Position numbers and translations under genes: made by a program. From the NCBI RefSeq assembly GCF_000016745.1, contig NC_009483.1, positions 1,710,001 to 1,742,000 on the forward strand: a stretch of 32,000 nucleotides of DNA, read 5' to 3'. Source of the DNA: Geotalea uraniireducens Rf4 (GTDB lineage: Bacteria > Desulfobacterota > Desulfuromonadia > Geobacterales > Geobacteraceae). This document shows, in pieces, positions 9,367 to 20,244 of this stretch (position 1 is the first letter of the stretch; each line of letters starts with the position of its first letter). The notes below the pieces were generated by a model. It saw only the letters and a list, made by a program, of their open reading frames with translations, searched no databases and had not been told where the DNA came from.

Positions 9367-9449
9367 AAAATGTCTTTTGGTTTTTCCTGTTTGGTTCCGG
9401 CTTCGCCGGCTTAGGGATAAACAATATGTTAATGCTGTACTGATTCCTT

Positions 9450-9480
9450 AAACCTCGACCGACTTGGCCGGGGTTTTTTT
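9450..9480 (+). terminator. Possible rho-independent terminator upstream of hipBA
   Basis: AAACCTCG-(11 nt)-CGGGGTTT stem with one G:U pair, running into a T7 tract. Confidence 0.35.
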
Positions 9481-9551
9481 ATAGCTCATAAAATATATTT
9501 ACAATTTATTGCTTATGGGCTATATGATGGTAATATCGTTTATGAGCTATA
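9480..9551 (+). promoter_or_regulatory. Candidate hipBA promoter/operator region
   Basis: TATAGCTCATAA (9480-9491) is the perfect reverse complement of TTATGAGCTATA (9540-9551). A third near-copy, TTATGGGCTATA, lies at 9513-9524. A possible promoter is -35 TTACAA (9499-9504), 18-nt spacer, -10 TATGAT (9523-9528). Confidence 0.35.
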
Positions 9552-9576
9552 TTTGTCCTTTTTCAGGAGCCACGAT

Positions 9577-9828
9577 ATGACGCAGAAAATCCTTTCTCCC
9601 GAGAGTCTCGGAGCTGCATTGCGTAAAGAGCGCAAGAAGAAAGGGCTGAGCCAGACCGACGTCGGCAAATCGGTCGGTATTGACCAGCCAACAATATCGA
9701 GGGTTGAAAAGGGGAATCCCGGGACGGAATTGGCGACTCTCTTCCGACTGTTGGCAGCGCTCGATCTGGAACTGAAAATTCAATCACGGCAACAATTGGC
9801 TAACGACACAAGAGGAGACGTTTGGTAG
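9577..9828 (+). CDS. hipB: HipB-like XRE-family HTH antitoxin
   Basis: AGGAG RBS at 9564-9568, then ATG 9577 (the ORF track starts at 9553). HTH: KKKGLSQTDVGKSVGIDQPTISRVEKGNPGTELATLFRLLAAL. The stop TAG abuts the hipA ATG. Confidence 0.85.
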   Translation: MTQKILSPESLGAALRKERKKKGLSQTDVGKSVGIDQPTISRVEKGNPGTELATLFRLLAALDLELKIQSRQQLANDTRGDVW

Positions 9829-11154
9829 ATGTCACGAACTCGTCTATCATCTGACCTGCATGTTTTCATGAATGGCCGAACGGTTGGCCGTCTGACTCGG
9901 ACTTCCAGCGGGAAGCTCCAGTTTTCCTATTGCGAAGAGTGGTTGAGTTGGGAACTTGGCCGCCCTTTGTCCCTTTCCATGCCCATGACCCAGGAGCCTT
10001 ACGCCGGGGAGGTTGTGGAGAATTATTTCGACAACCTCCTGCCAGATAGTCAATCGATCAGAAATCGCATTCAAGCCAGGTTTGCAGCCCGGTCAAACCG
10101 TTGCTTTGACCTGTTGTGGCATGCGGGAAGGGATTGCGTTGGCGCCCTGCAACTCATCCCTGAAAATGCAGGACCACTCGATGTGCACAAGGTCGAGTCG
10201 GTACCCTTGAGTGACGCTGAGATTGCCGATACGCTCCGTAACTATCAAACCATGCCATTAGGAATGGGGAGAGAGAGCGATTTCCGCATTTCCATCGCCG
10301 GGGCGCAGGAAAAGACCGCCCTGCTGTTGCTGGATGGCAGGTGGTGCCGCCCGTTGGGCGTTACCCCTACCAGTCATATTTTCAAACTGCCCATCGGCAC
10401 AATTGCTCACAGCGGTATGGACTTGACCGACAGCGTCGAAAACGAATGGCTTTGCCATCTGATTTTGAAAGGCTACGGTCTGCCCGTGGCAAATGCGGAG
10501 ATCAGGACGTTCGATGGGGTTAAGGTTCTCGTGGTGGAACGTTTCGACCGGCGCTGGGCTGAGGACCGGTCGTGGCTGATACGGCTGCCACAGGAAGACA
10601 TGTGCCAGGCGCTGGGTGTGCCGCCGGCATTGAAGTACGAAAGTGACGGTGGGCCGGGTAGCGAAAGAATCATGAATCTTCTTCTCGGTTCGGCTGAAGG
10701 TTTGCGCGACCGGAAGATGTTCATGACGCTGCAGGTGCTGTTCTGGCTATTGGCGGCAATAGACGGCCATGCAAAGAATTTCAGTATCTTCCTGTTGCCG
10801 GGAGGCAGTTATCGGCTCACCCCGGCGTATGACATCATGTCGGCATACCCGCCTGTAGCAAAACGTCAACTTGAGTTGCAAAGCCTGAAAATGGCCATGG
10901 CCGTCAAAGGGAAAACCAGCCATTACCAGTGGACGAGAATCAGTTACCGGCATTGGCTCTCCACGGCAGTGCGGTGCAGATTTTCTGCAGAAGAAATGGC
11001 GATCATTATAACTGAACTTCTGGAGCGGATGGACGATGTCATTGCTGCGGTTTCAGGGCAGTTGCCGCAATCCTTCCCCGAAGGGGTAAGCGAGGCTATT
11101 TTTGATGGGATGCGTAACGCTCGGGATCGTTTGGTGCGTTCACGAACTGCATGA
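9829..11154 (+). CDS. hipA: HipA-family serine/threonine kinase toxin
   Basis: 441 aa. N-terminal HipA coupling region (LHVFMNGRTVGRL), GAQEKTALLL, and catalytic-loop-like DGHAKNFSIFL. Confidence 0.9.
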   Translation: MSRTRLSSDLHVFMNGRTVGRLTRTSSGKLQFSYCEEWLSWELGRPLSLSMPMTQEPYAGEVVENYFDNLLPDSQSIRNRIQARFAARSNRCFDLLWHAGRDCVGALQLIPENAGPLDVHKVESVPLSDAEIADTLRNYQTMPLGMGRESDFRISIAGAQEKTALLLLDGRWCRPLGVTPTSHIFKLPIGTIAHSGMDLTDSVENEWLCHLILKGYGLPVANAEIRTFDGVKVLVVERFDRRWAEDRSWLIRLPQEDMCQALGVPPALKYESDGGPGSERIMNLLLGSAEGLRDRKMFMTLQVLFWLLAAIDGHAKNFSIFLLPGGSYRLTPAYDIMSAYPPVAKRQLELQSLKMAMAVKGKTSHYQWTRISYRHWLSTAVRCRFSAEEMAIIITELLERMDDVIAAVSGQLPQSFPEGVSEAIFDGMRNARDRLVRSRTA

Positions 11155-11343
11155 CCGATAGCCACCACAAAAATTCAAACGCCGCCATCGCAACGAACTA
11201 CCAGAATTGCCAAATTCACCTTGCGTAGGGAGTGGAACATTTATGGGATCTTATCCTCCTTAAAGAGGGATTCGGACAGAAACCCCCTTGTTCGCAACGA
11301 CGTACCGGTTCGATTATGGACCGGCACCAAGTAAATAATGGGC

Positions 11344-11477
11344 CTAGTACACTGTAACATCTGAATCTAACCCCCCTCAGTCCCCCCTTACCTAAGGGGG
11401 GAAGCCTTGAAGTCTCCCCTTAGATAAGGGGAGATTTAGAGGGGTTATCCGCAAAAATAAGTGTTACATGGTACTAG
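11344..11477. repeat. 134-bp nested-palindrome element (outer IR plus two CCCCTTA..TAAGGGG hairpins)
   Basis: Outer IR is CTAGTACACTGTAACA / TGTTACATGGTACTAG. Inner hairpins are TCCCCCCTTACCTAAGGGGGGA and TCTCCCCTTAGATAAGGGGAGA. TAACCCC / GGGGTTA flank the hairpins. It is related to 16439-16574. Confidence 0.75.
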
Positions 11478-11662
11478 AACGATTTCGACTGCGGAGTTTG
11501 CCGATAAGGGCGGGTTGCAGAAAGCGTGGGGGCTGTTTGGGGCGGAGCTGGATTCGGTGATGGAAGAAATGAATGAGGAATTGGTGGCGTGAATAGAATT
11601 GATTTGACGGGAGCATCTTTTATGTTTAAACTCTGTTTAGACATAGTGAAAGGAGTTAAGCC

Positions 11663-11920
11663 ATGGCTCACGTAGAAGCAGTTCTTGGTATAAAACAGTG
11701 GGGCAATAATCTGGGGGTGCGGCTGCCGGTGAATGTAGCGCGTGCAGCCCATCTCCATGTCGATCAAAAGGTTCGGATTGCTGTAGAAGAGGGGCGGGTG
11801 ATCATCACCCCTGTTGACGATGCAGCGCTGACCCTTGAACAGCGATTGGCCCTGTTTGATCCGTCCAGGCATGGTGGCGAAGCGATGGCCGCCGAGCCGC
11901 AGGGGGCTGAAAAATGGTAG
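11663..11920 (+). CDS. mazE: MazE/AbrB (SpoVT)-family antitoxin
   Basis: AGGAG RBS. IKQWGNNLGVRLPVNVARAAHLHVDQKVRIAVEEGRVIITP is the swapped-hairpin MazE/ChpS signature. Overlaps the mazF start. Confidence 0.85.
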   Translation: MAHVEAVLGIKQWGNNLGVRLPVNVARAAHLHVDQKVRIAVEEGRVIITPVDDAALTLEQRLALFDPSRHGGEAMAAEPQGAEKW

Positions 11921-12315
11921 CACCGGTAAAACTGGTTGCAGCTGGGAAGCGGCCCTGGGTGCCCGAGCGTCAAGATATCATCTGGATTAATTGCAACCCA
12001 CAGGCCGGAAATGAAATGCGAGACCTGCATCCTTTTCTGGTGCTGTCGCCACGCGCTTTCAATGAGCGCACTTCTTTGGTAATCGGCCTCCCCATGACAA
12101 CGGCGGAATACAACGCCGACAATCCATTTGCCGTGGCTGTGGGAAGTCCACGGGGTAAAAAGTCGGAAAAGACCAGTTATGTGCTGTGTCACCAGCCCAA
12201 ATCCTTTGACTGGCGAAGCCGCAAGGCAGCGCCCCATCCGCTCAAGCGTCTGGCGGACAGCCATTTTGCCGAGTGCTGCGCCCGGCTGAATCAGATTGTG
12301 CAGCTTGCGCTGTAG
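11914..12315 (+). CDS. mazF: MazF/PemK-family endoribonuclease toxin
   Basis: WVPERQDIIWINCNPQAGNEMRDLHPFLVLSPRAFNERTSLVIGLPMTT and CHQPKSFDWRSRKA match the MazF/ChpB pattern. 7-nt overlap with mazE. Confidence 0.85.
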   Translation: MVAPVKLVAAGKRPWVPERQDIIWINCNPQAGNEMRDLHPFLVLSPRAFNERTSLVIGLPMTTAEYNADNPFAVAVGSPRGKKSEKTSYVLCHQPKSFDWRSRKAAPHPLKRLADSHFAECCARLNQIVQLAL

Positions 12316-12524
12316 ATTGGTTGGGATGTATCTGATGAGCGAGGAGTTGGTGGCGTAGATGCGACTGTCTGAGTGATGAACTGCTCGTTGCCTCGCATCC
12401 GTTTCTTATTGCTGGCCGCAGTCGTTGACATGAGTGGAGGAAAAGTGTAAAAAACCTAAGCTGTTTGTTATGTAAATGGAGTGCTATGAACACGGGAGTC
12501 TGGACATTTGAAGAGGTGAATGAG

Positions 12525-12563
12525 AGCCGCCATGGCAGAGAGATGTTGCTTGGCGGCTTTTTT
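12525..12563 (+). terminator. Possible rho-independent terminator downstream of mazEF
   Basis: AGCCGCCA-(18 nt)-TGGCGGCT perfect 8-bp stem followed by TTTTT. The loop is long. Confidence 0.4.
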
Positions 12564-12601
12564 AATAATATAGCATCATTTAGTATTAGGAATCGCGTGC
12601 A

Positions 12602-12718
12602 ATGAATATGTTCATTTTACTGGTGGTTATCATCGTTGCCGCCAGCATCCTTGTCGCTTTGAAGCAAAGAAACCCCAGACGGCCGAGGGTCTTGCCTTTG
12701 AAAGCAGGGACACACTAA
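12602..12718 (+). CDS. Unlisted 38-codon ORF encoding a single-TM peptide with a basic tail (speculative)
   Basis: MNMFILLVVIIVAASILVALKQRNPRRPRVLPLKAGTH*. It lies between the mazEF terminator and hsdM. There is no strong RBS and it is below the ORF-track length cutoff. Confidence 0.25.
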   Translation: MNMFILLVVIIVAASILVALKQRNPRRPRVLPLKAGTH

Positions 12719-12763
12719 TAAGACACAAGTCTGCCCTGATACGAGACTTGACAGGATATTCTT

Positions 12764-15097
12764 ATGACCATCAACTTCTCCCAAACCGCCGCCTTTATCT
12801 GGTCGGTTGCCGATCTGTTGCGCGGTGATTTTAAGCAGAGCCAGTATGGCCGCATCATCCTTCCCTTTACCCTGCTCCGTCGTCTTGAATGCGTGTTGGA
12901 GCAGAGCAAGCCCGCTGTGCTGGCCAAGCATGCCGAAGTCAGCAAGATGAATCTGCCGGAAGAAGCCTACGAAAAGATGGTGCTGCGGGCGACGGACGAG
13001 AGTTTTTTTAACATCTCGCCGATGGATCTTTCCAAGCTGGGCGAGTCGGGGATCAAGGACAACCTGGAGAACTACATCCAGTGCTTCTCCAAGGATGCGC
13101 GGGAGATCTTCGAGTATTTCAAGTTCGCCGAGTTCATAGGTCAGCTTAATGACGCCAACCTGCTTTACAAGGTGGTGCAGAAGTTCGCCAACACCGATCT
13201 CAGCCCCCAGGCGATCTCCAACTACGAGATGGGGCTGGTCTTCGAGGAGCTGATCCGGCGCTTTGCTGAAAGTTCGAACGAAACCGCCGGGGAGCACTTC
13301 ACCCCGCGGGATATCGTCCGTCTCACCACCTCGCTGGTCTTTATGGAAGACGACGAGGCGCTGACCAGGGACGGCATCATCCGCACCATTTACGATCCGA
13401 CGGCAGGAACGGGCGGTTTTCTCTCCAGCGGCATGGAATACGTCTACGAACTCAATCCCAAGGCGGTGATGCGCGCCTTCGGCCAGGAGCTGAATCCCGA
13501 ATCCTATGCCATTTGCAAAGCGGATATGCTGATCAAGGGGCAGGATGTCAGCCGCATCAAGCTCGGCAACACCCTCAGTAACGATCAGCTCTACGCCGAC
13601 AAATTCGACTACATGCTCTCCAATCCCCCCTTCGGCGTCGACTGGAAAAAAGTCGAAACCGAAATCAATGACGAGCATACCCTCAAAGGTTTTGCCGGGC
13701 GTTTCGGTCCCGGTCTGCCCCGTGTCTCGGACGGTTCGCTCCTCTTTCTGATGCACCTGATCAGCAAGCTGCGCGACACCAAGGATGGCGGCGGGCGTAT
13801 CGGCATCATCCTCAACGGCTCACCGCTCTTTACCGGTGGCGCCGGGAGTGGCGAGAGCGAGATCCGCCGCTACATTCTGGAGGCCGATCTGCTGGAGGCG
13901 ATCGTCGCCCTGCCCACCGACATGTTCTACAACACCGGTATCGCTACCTATGTCTGGGTGCTCTCCAACAAGAAAGACCCGGAGCGTAAGGGGAAGGTGC
14001 AGCTCATCAACGGCGTCAACCTGTGCGCTAAGATGCGCAAGTCCCTCGGCTCCAAGCGCAATGTCATGGGGGAGGATGATATCGCCACCATCACCCGCGC
14101 TTTCGGTCGTTTCGAGCGGGTTGATACCCTGACGCTTGATAAGCCGGATGAGGTGAAGAGCAACCGGGGGCGGCAAGCCGACAACCCGAAAGCGCCGGAG
14201 CCGAAGACCTTTTCGAGCAAGATTTTCGCCACTACCGACTTTGGTTATCGCCGTATCACCGTCGAACGCCCCTTGCGGCTCTCGGTGCAGTTCACGGGCG
14301 AACGGCTGGAAGAGCTGCGCTTTGCCCCCAAGCCGTTTAATGTGGTGATGAAATGGGCTTACGAGCAGTTCGGGCAGAGCTGGACGGATGCCGACTATGG
14401 TGATCTTTCGGATGTCGCGGTGGAAGTTCGTGCCTACGTCAAGGCGAATTTCAGCGATTTGAAAGAGAAGCAGATCAAAGAGCTGCTTAATGCCACACTG
14501 TGGCGCGATCAGCGGGCGTTGCTGAAGAGCGGGCAGACGTTGCAATCCGCCCTGGCCGGGCAGATGGGTCTAGCCGCGATTGTGGATGGCTCGTGTGATG
14601 ATTTCAACCTGTTTGAAGAGGAGTTGAAAAAGGCGCTCAAGCTAACGGGGGTCAACCTGGATCTGCGGGAGAAGAAGCAGCTTCTCGATGCGGTGAGCTG
14701 GAAGAACCCAGAGGCGCAGCGGGTGATCAAGAAGGTGCACAAGGAGAAGGCGAACCCGCTCTACGGCCTGTTTGCGGTGGCTGGCAAGGTGGTTGAGTTT
14801 CAGGCTGATGGCGATCTGCGCGATAACGAGAACATCCCGCTTGATCCGTCACGCAGCGTCACTGAAACCGTCGAGGCCTATTTCAAGAAGGAAGTCGCGC
14901 CCCATGTGCCGGATGCCTGGATTGATGCGGGGAAGCGGGATGAGAAGGATGGGGAGTTGGGGATTGTCGGCTATGAGATTCCGTTTAATCGGCACTTTTA
15001 TGTTTATGCGCCGCCGCGTGATTTGGTTGAGATTGATGCTGATCTGGATGTGGTGAGTGCCGAGATTATGGCGCTGCTTCGGGAGGTGCATTCTTAA
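12764..15097 (+). CDS. hsdM: Type I restriction-modification system methyltransferase subunit (long form, 777 aa)
   Basis: HsdM N-terminal motif [35 protein letters not shown] motif I is [10 protein letters not shown]. The catalytic motif is LSNPPFG. The stop overlaps the hsdS ATG (TAATG). Confidence 0.92.
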   Translation: MTINFSQTAAFIWSVADLLRGDFKQSQYGRIILPFTLLRRLECVLEQSKPAVLAKHAEVSKMNLPEEAYEKMVLRATDESFFNISPMDLSKLGESGIKDNLENYIQCFSKDAREIFEYFKFAEFIGQLNDANLLYKVVQKFANTDLSPQAISNYEMGLVFEELIRRFAESSNETAGEHFTPRDIVRLTTSLVFMEDDEALTRDGIIRTIYDPTAGTGGFLSSGMEYVYELNPKAVMRAFGQELNPESYAICKADMLIKGQDVSRIKLGNTLSNDQLYADKFDYMLSNPPFGVDWKKVETEINDEHTLKGFAGRFGPGLPRVSDGSLLFLMHLISKLRDTKDGGGRIGIILNGSPLFTGGAGSGESEIRRYILEADLLEAIVALPTDMFYNTGIATYVWVLSNKKDPERKGKVQLINGVNLCAKMRKSLGSKRNVMGEDDIATITRAFGRFERVDTLTLDKPDEVKSNRGRQADNPKAPEPKTFSSKIFATTDFGYRRITVERPLRLSVQFTGERLEELRFAPKPFNVVMKWAYEQFGQSWTDADYGDLSDVAVEVRAYVKANFSDLKEKQIKELLNATLWRDQRALLKSGQTLQSALAGQMGLAAIVDGSCDDFNLFEEELKKALKLTGVNLDLREKKQLLDAVSWKNPEAQRVIKKVHKEKANPLYGLFAVAGKVVEFQADGDLRDNENIPLDPSRSVTETVEAYFKKEVAPHVPDAWIDAGKRDEKDGELGIVGYEIPFNRHFYVYAPPRDLVEIDADLDVVSAEIMALLREVHS

Positions 15098-16428
15098 TGG
15101 CGGGACGGTATCAAGCATATCCTGAATATAAGGACTCTGGAGAAGAGTGGCTGGGTGATGTCCCTAGCCATTGGGAAGTGATACAGATCAAGCACTTGAG
15201 CACAGTTAGGCGTGGGGCATCACCTCGGCCAATTGATGACGCAAAATATTTTGATGATGAAGGTGAGTATGCGTGGACAAGAATTGCAGATGTTACCGCA
15301 TCAGAGATGTATCTATTCAACGCGCCGCAAAGACTGTCTGACCTTGGAAGTTCACTAAGCGTAAAATTAGAACCAGGGGCACTCTTTCTTAGTATTGCAG
15401 GAACCGTAGGAAAACCATGTATTACAGGCATGAAAGCCTGTATTCATGATGGTTTTGTATATTTTCCAGAACTTAAAATCCCGAGTAAGTTTTTGTTTTA
15501 CGTGTTTGCTGGGGAGCAGGCATATAAAGGTTTAGGGAAATTTGGAACACAGCTCAACCTCAATACCGACACCGTAGGGGGGATAAAAATTGGGTGTACA
15601 GAAAATAGCCAATTGGAAAAAATTGTACAATTCCTCGACCACGAAACCGCCAAAATCGATACCCTGATAGACAAACAACAACAACTGATCAAACTGCTGA
15701 AAGAAAAGCGTCAGGCGGTGATCAGCCATGCCGTCACCAAAGGGCTTAACCCCGATGCGCCGATGAAAGATTCCGGAGTTGAGTGGTTGGGGGAGGTGCC
15801 GGAGCATTGGGATGTGTGTCTGGCAAAATTCAAAACTCATGCAATTACTGATGGTGCCCATATCTCCCCAGATACGAAGAATGGCGAGCATTACTTTGTG
15901 TCAATAAAGGATATGTGTGATGGACTAATCAATTTCGAAGATGCGCTGCTGACTTCAAAAGAGAGTTATAAATATTTGGTCAATACAGGTTGCAAGCCTG
16001 AACCTGGCGATATTCTTTTTAGTAAAGATGGAACGATAGGTAAAACTGTTGTAACGCCTGAGAATGTAGATTTTGTTGTTGCCTCTTCACTAATAATAAT
16101 CAAGCCAAACCTCAAAAAGCTTTCACCTCAATTTTTTGATTATTTATGCCAATCCTGCGTCATTCAAGAGCAAGTGAATAGCTTTGTAAAAGGTGCTGCC
16201 TTAAAAAGGCTGTCTATTCAAAACCTGCTTAAAGTATGGGGAGTATTCCCGCCGCTGGATGAGCAAGTGGTGATCGCTAAGCACATTGATAAAAAGTTGA
16301 TTCGGTACCAGCAAATTGAGCAGACAGCAAACAATGCGATAGCTTTGATGCAAGAACGCCGCACCGCCCTCATTTCCGCCGCCGTCACCGGCAAGATCGA
16401 CGTCCGCGACTGGCAACCGGCAGGATGA
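15097..16428 (+). CDS. hsdS: Type I R-M specificity subunit
   Basis: Two AT-richer target-recognition halves, each introduced by KDSG(E/V)EWLG(D/E)VP(S/E)HW(E/D)V. The central helix is LDHETAKIDTLIDKQQQLIKLLKEKRQAVISHAVTKGL. The C-terminal helix is MQERRTALISAAVTGKIDVRDW. Confidence 0.9.
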   Translation: MAGRYQAYPEYKDSGEEWLGDVPSHWEVIQIKHLSTVRRGASPRPIDDAKYFDDEGEYAWTRIADVTASEMYLFNAPQRLSDLGSSLSVKLEPGALFLSIAGTVGKPCITGMKACIHDGFVYFPELKIPSKFLFYVFAGEQAYKGLGKFGTQLNLNTDTVGGIKIGCTENSQLEKIVQFLDHETAKIDTLIDKQQQLIKLLKEKRQAVISHAVTKGLNPDAPMKDSGVEWLGEVPEHWDVCLAKFKTHAITDGAHISPDTKNGEHYFVSIKDMCDGLINFEDALLTSKESYKYLVNTGCKPEPGDILFSKDGTIGKTVVTPENVDFVVASSLIIIKPNLKKLSPQFFDYLCQSCVIQEQVNSFVKGAALKRLSIQNLLKVWGVFPPLDEQVVIAKHIDKKLIRYQQIEQTANNAIALMQERRTALISAAVTGKIDVRDWQPAG

Positions 16429-16438
16429 GAGCTTCAGA

Positions 16439-16574
16439 GGCTCATAACCCCACCTGTCCTCCCCTTATCTTAAGGGGAGGGACGCTCGAAGTGATTGAGG
16501 TGGAGTTGCCGCCGAGCGAGCTTAGCACGTTCCCCCTCTTAGGATTAAGAGGGGGACAGGGGGCGTTACGAGCC
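16439..16574. repeat. 136-bp nested-palindrome element, same family as 11344-11477
   Basis: Outer IR is GGCTCATAACCCCACCTGTCC / GGACAGGGGGCGTTACGAGCC (18/21). Hairpins are TCCTCCCCTTATCTTAAGGGGAGGA and TCCCCCTCTTAGGATTAAGAGGGGGA. The left arm aligns with the left arm of 11368-11412. Confidence 0.75.
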
Positions 16575-16605
16575 TGTTGTGAATAGCTGTTTTTAAAGGA
16601 TTCCC

Positions 16606-19851
<3,246 letters not shown>

Positions 19852-19865
19852 ATGGAATGTATTTG

Positions 19866-20023
19866 TGGAACGTCAAGCGGTTGACCAATCACGAGTATAC
19901 CCACAGGCTGCGCGTCGGCGACTGGCGGATTCTGTTCAACATATTTGAGGAAATCAGCATGGCGCTACCCTTAAGAAGGTGGCTGAGGCCTTGGGAATAT
20001 CACCGGCGCAACTTGAGGTTTGA
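19866..20023 (+). pseudogene. Scar of a RelE/ParE-type toxin fragment fused out of frame to an XRE-type HTH fragment
   Basis: Frame 0 reads WNVKRLTNHEYTHRLRVGDWRILFNIFEE, which matches the RelE/ParE core YRLRVGDYRIIY but lacks the N-terminal half. After a frame change at about 19952 the sequence reads NQHGATLKKVAEALGISPAQLEV*, an HTH helix fragment. Confidence 0.45.
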
Positions 20024-20076
20024 TGCAATCCTCTCAGCATTGCCCAACTCAGGTATTTAATCTATAAAACAATCAA

Positions 20077-20110
20077 GGACCTGGCTGACGAGCGCCGGGT
20101 CCTTTTTTGT
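20077..20110 (+). terminator. Rho-independent terminator (repeat copy)
   Basis: Same hairpin and T-tract as 9059-9092. Confidence 0.6.
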
Positions 20111-20133
20111 CTCAGGCGTCGCTGATGCAAAAA

Positions 20134-20163
20134 TTGACGGAGATTCTGCGCTCGTGGTATGTT
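20134..20163 (+). promoter_or_regulatory. Candidate sigma70 promoter of the exeA/gspB-like operon
   Basis: TTGACG, 18-nt spacer, TATGTT, about 80 nt upstream of ATG 20245. Confidence 0.4.
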
Positions 20164-20244
20164 ATCATCCTCTGAGAGTTTCTGGTCTGCGTTTCGGCAT
20201 TATTCGTGTAAATTCGAGCCTCCCAACCTTTAGGGATAAATGAC

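Larger units (their letters stand above)
20066..20228 (+). repeat. Right copy of the 163-bp direct repeat
   Basis: 161/163 identical to 9048-9210. It ends 16 nt before the exeA-like ATG. Confidence 0.95.

Noticed and set aside
11305-11329. A tRNA-3'-end-like string, CCGGTTCGATTATGGACCGGCACCA, that could mark an old att site.
   Set aside because: The would-be T-loop is 12 nt and the stem is not tRNA-like. I could not fold any acceptor, D or anticodon arms upstream.
11474-11923. A 149-aa minus-strand ORF spanning the spacer and all of mazE.
   Set aside because: It overlaps the well-supported mazE on the opposite strand and abuts the palindromic repeat. It has no motif, and its composition is that of a shadow frame.
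12242-12493. An 83-aa minus-strand ORF in the mazF-hsdM spacer.
   Set aside because: It overlaps the mazF 3' end antisense. It has no RBS or motif and is rich in Ser, Arg, Gln and His, as shadow frames are.
12748-12753. A perfect TTGACA hexamer just upstream of hsdM.
   Set aside because: It is only 10 nt from the ATG, so it cannot serve as a -35 box for hsdM, and no suitably spaced -10 follows.
12617-13756. A long 379-aa ORF on the minus strand, with similar shadow ORFs at 13820-14545(-), 17752-18468(-), 18910-19431(-), 1372-1965(-), 28581-29885(+), 30565-31191(+), 26452-27108(+) and 20494-21060(-).
   Set aside because: Each lies antisense to, or out of frame within, a gene with clear family motifs (hsdM, hsdR, mnmA, nifS, mtaB, exeA). 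Their translations are low-complexity and Arg/Gly/Pro-rich, as is typical of shadow frames in GC-rich coding DNA.
12764-15097. An unusually long HsdM (777 aa versus about 500-550 aa for EcoKI-type M subunits), considered as a possible fusion.
   Set aside because: The C-terminal extension ([14 protein letters not shown]...[13 protein letters not shown]) reads as one continuous frame with no second catalytic motif. To my knowledge it is a recurrent long-form HsdM variant, so this is not evidence of a new system.
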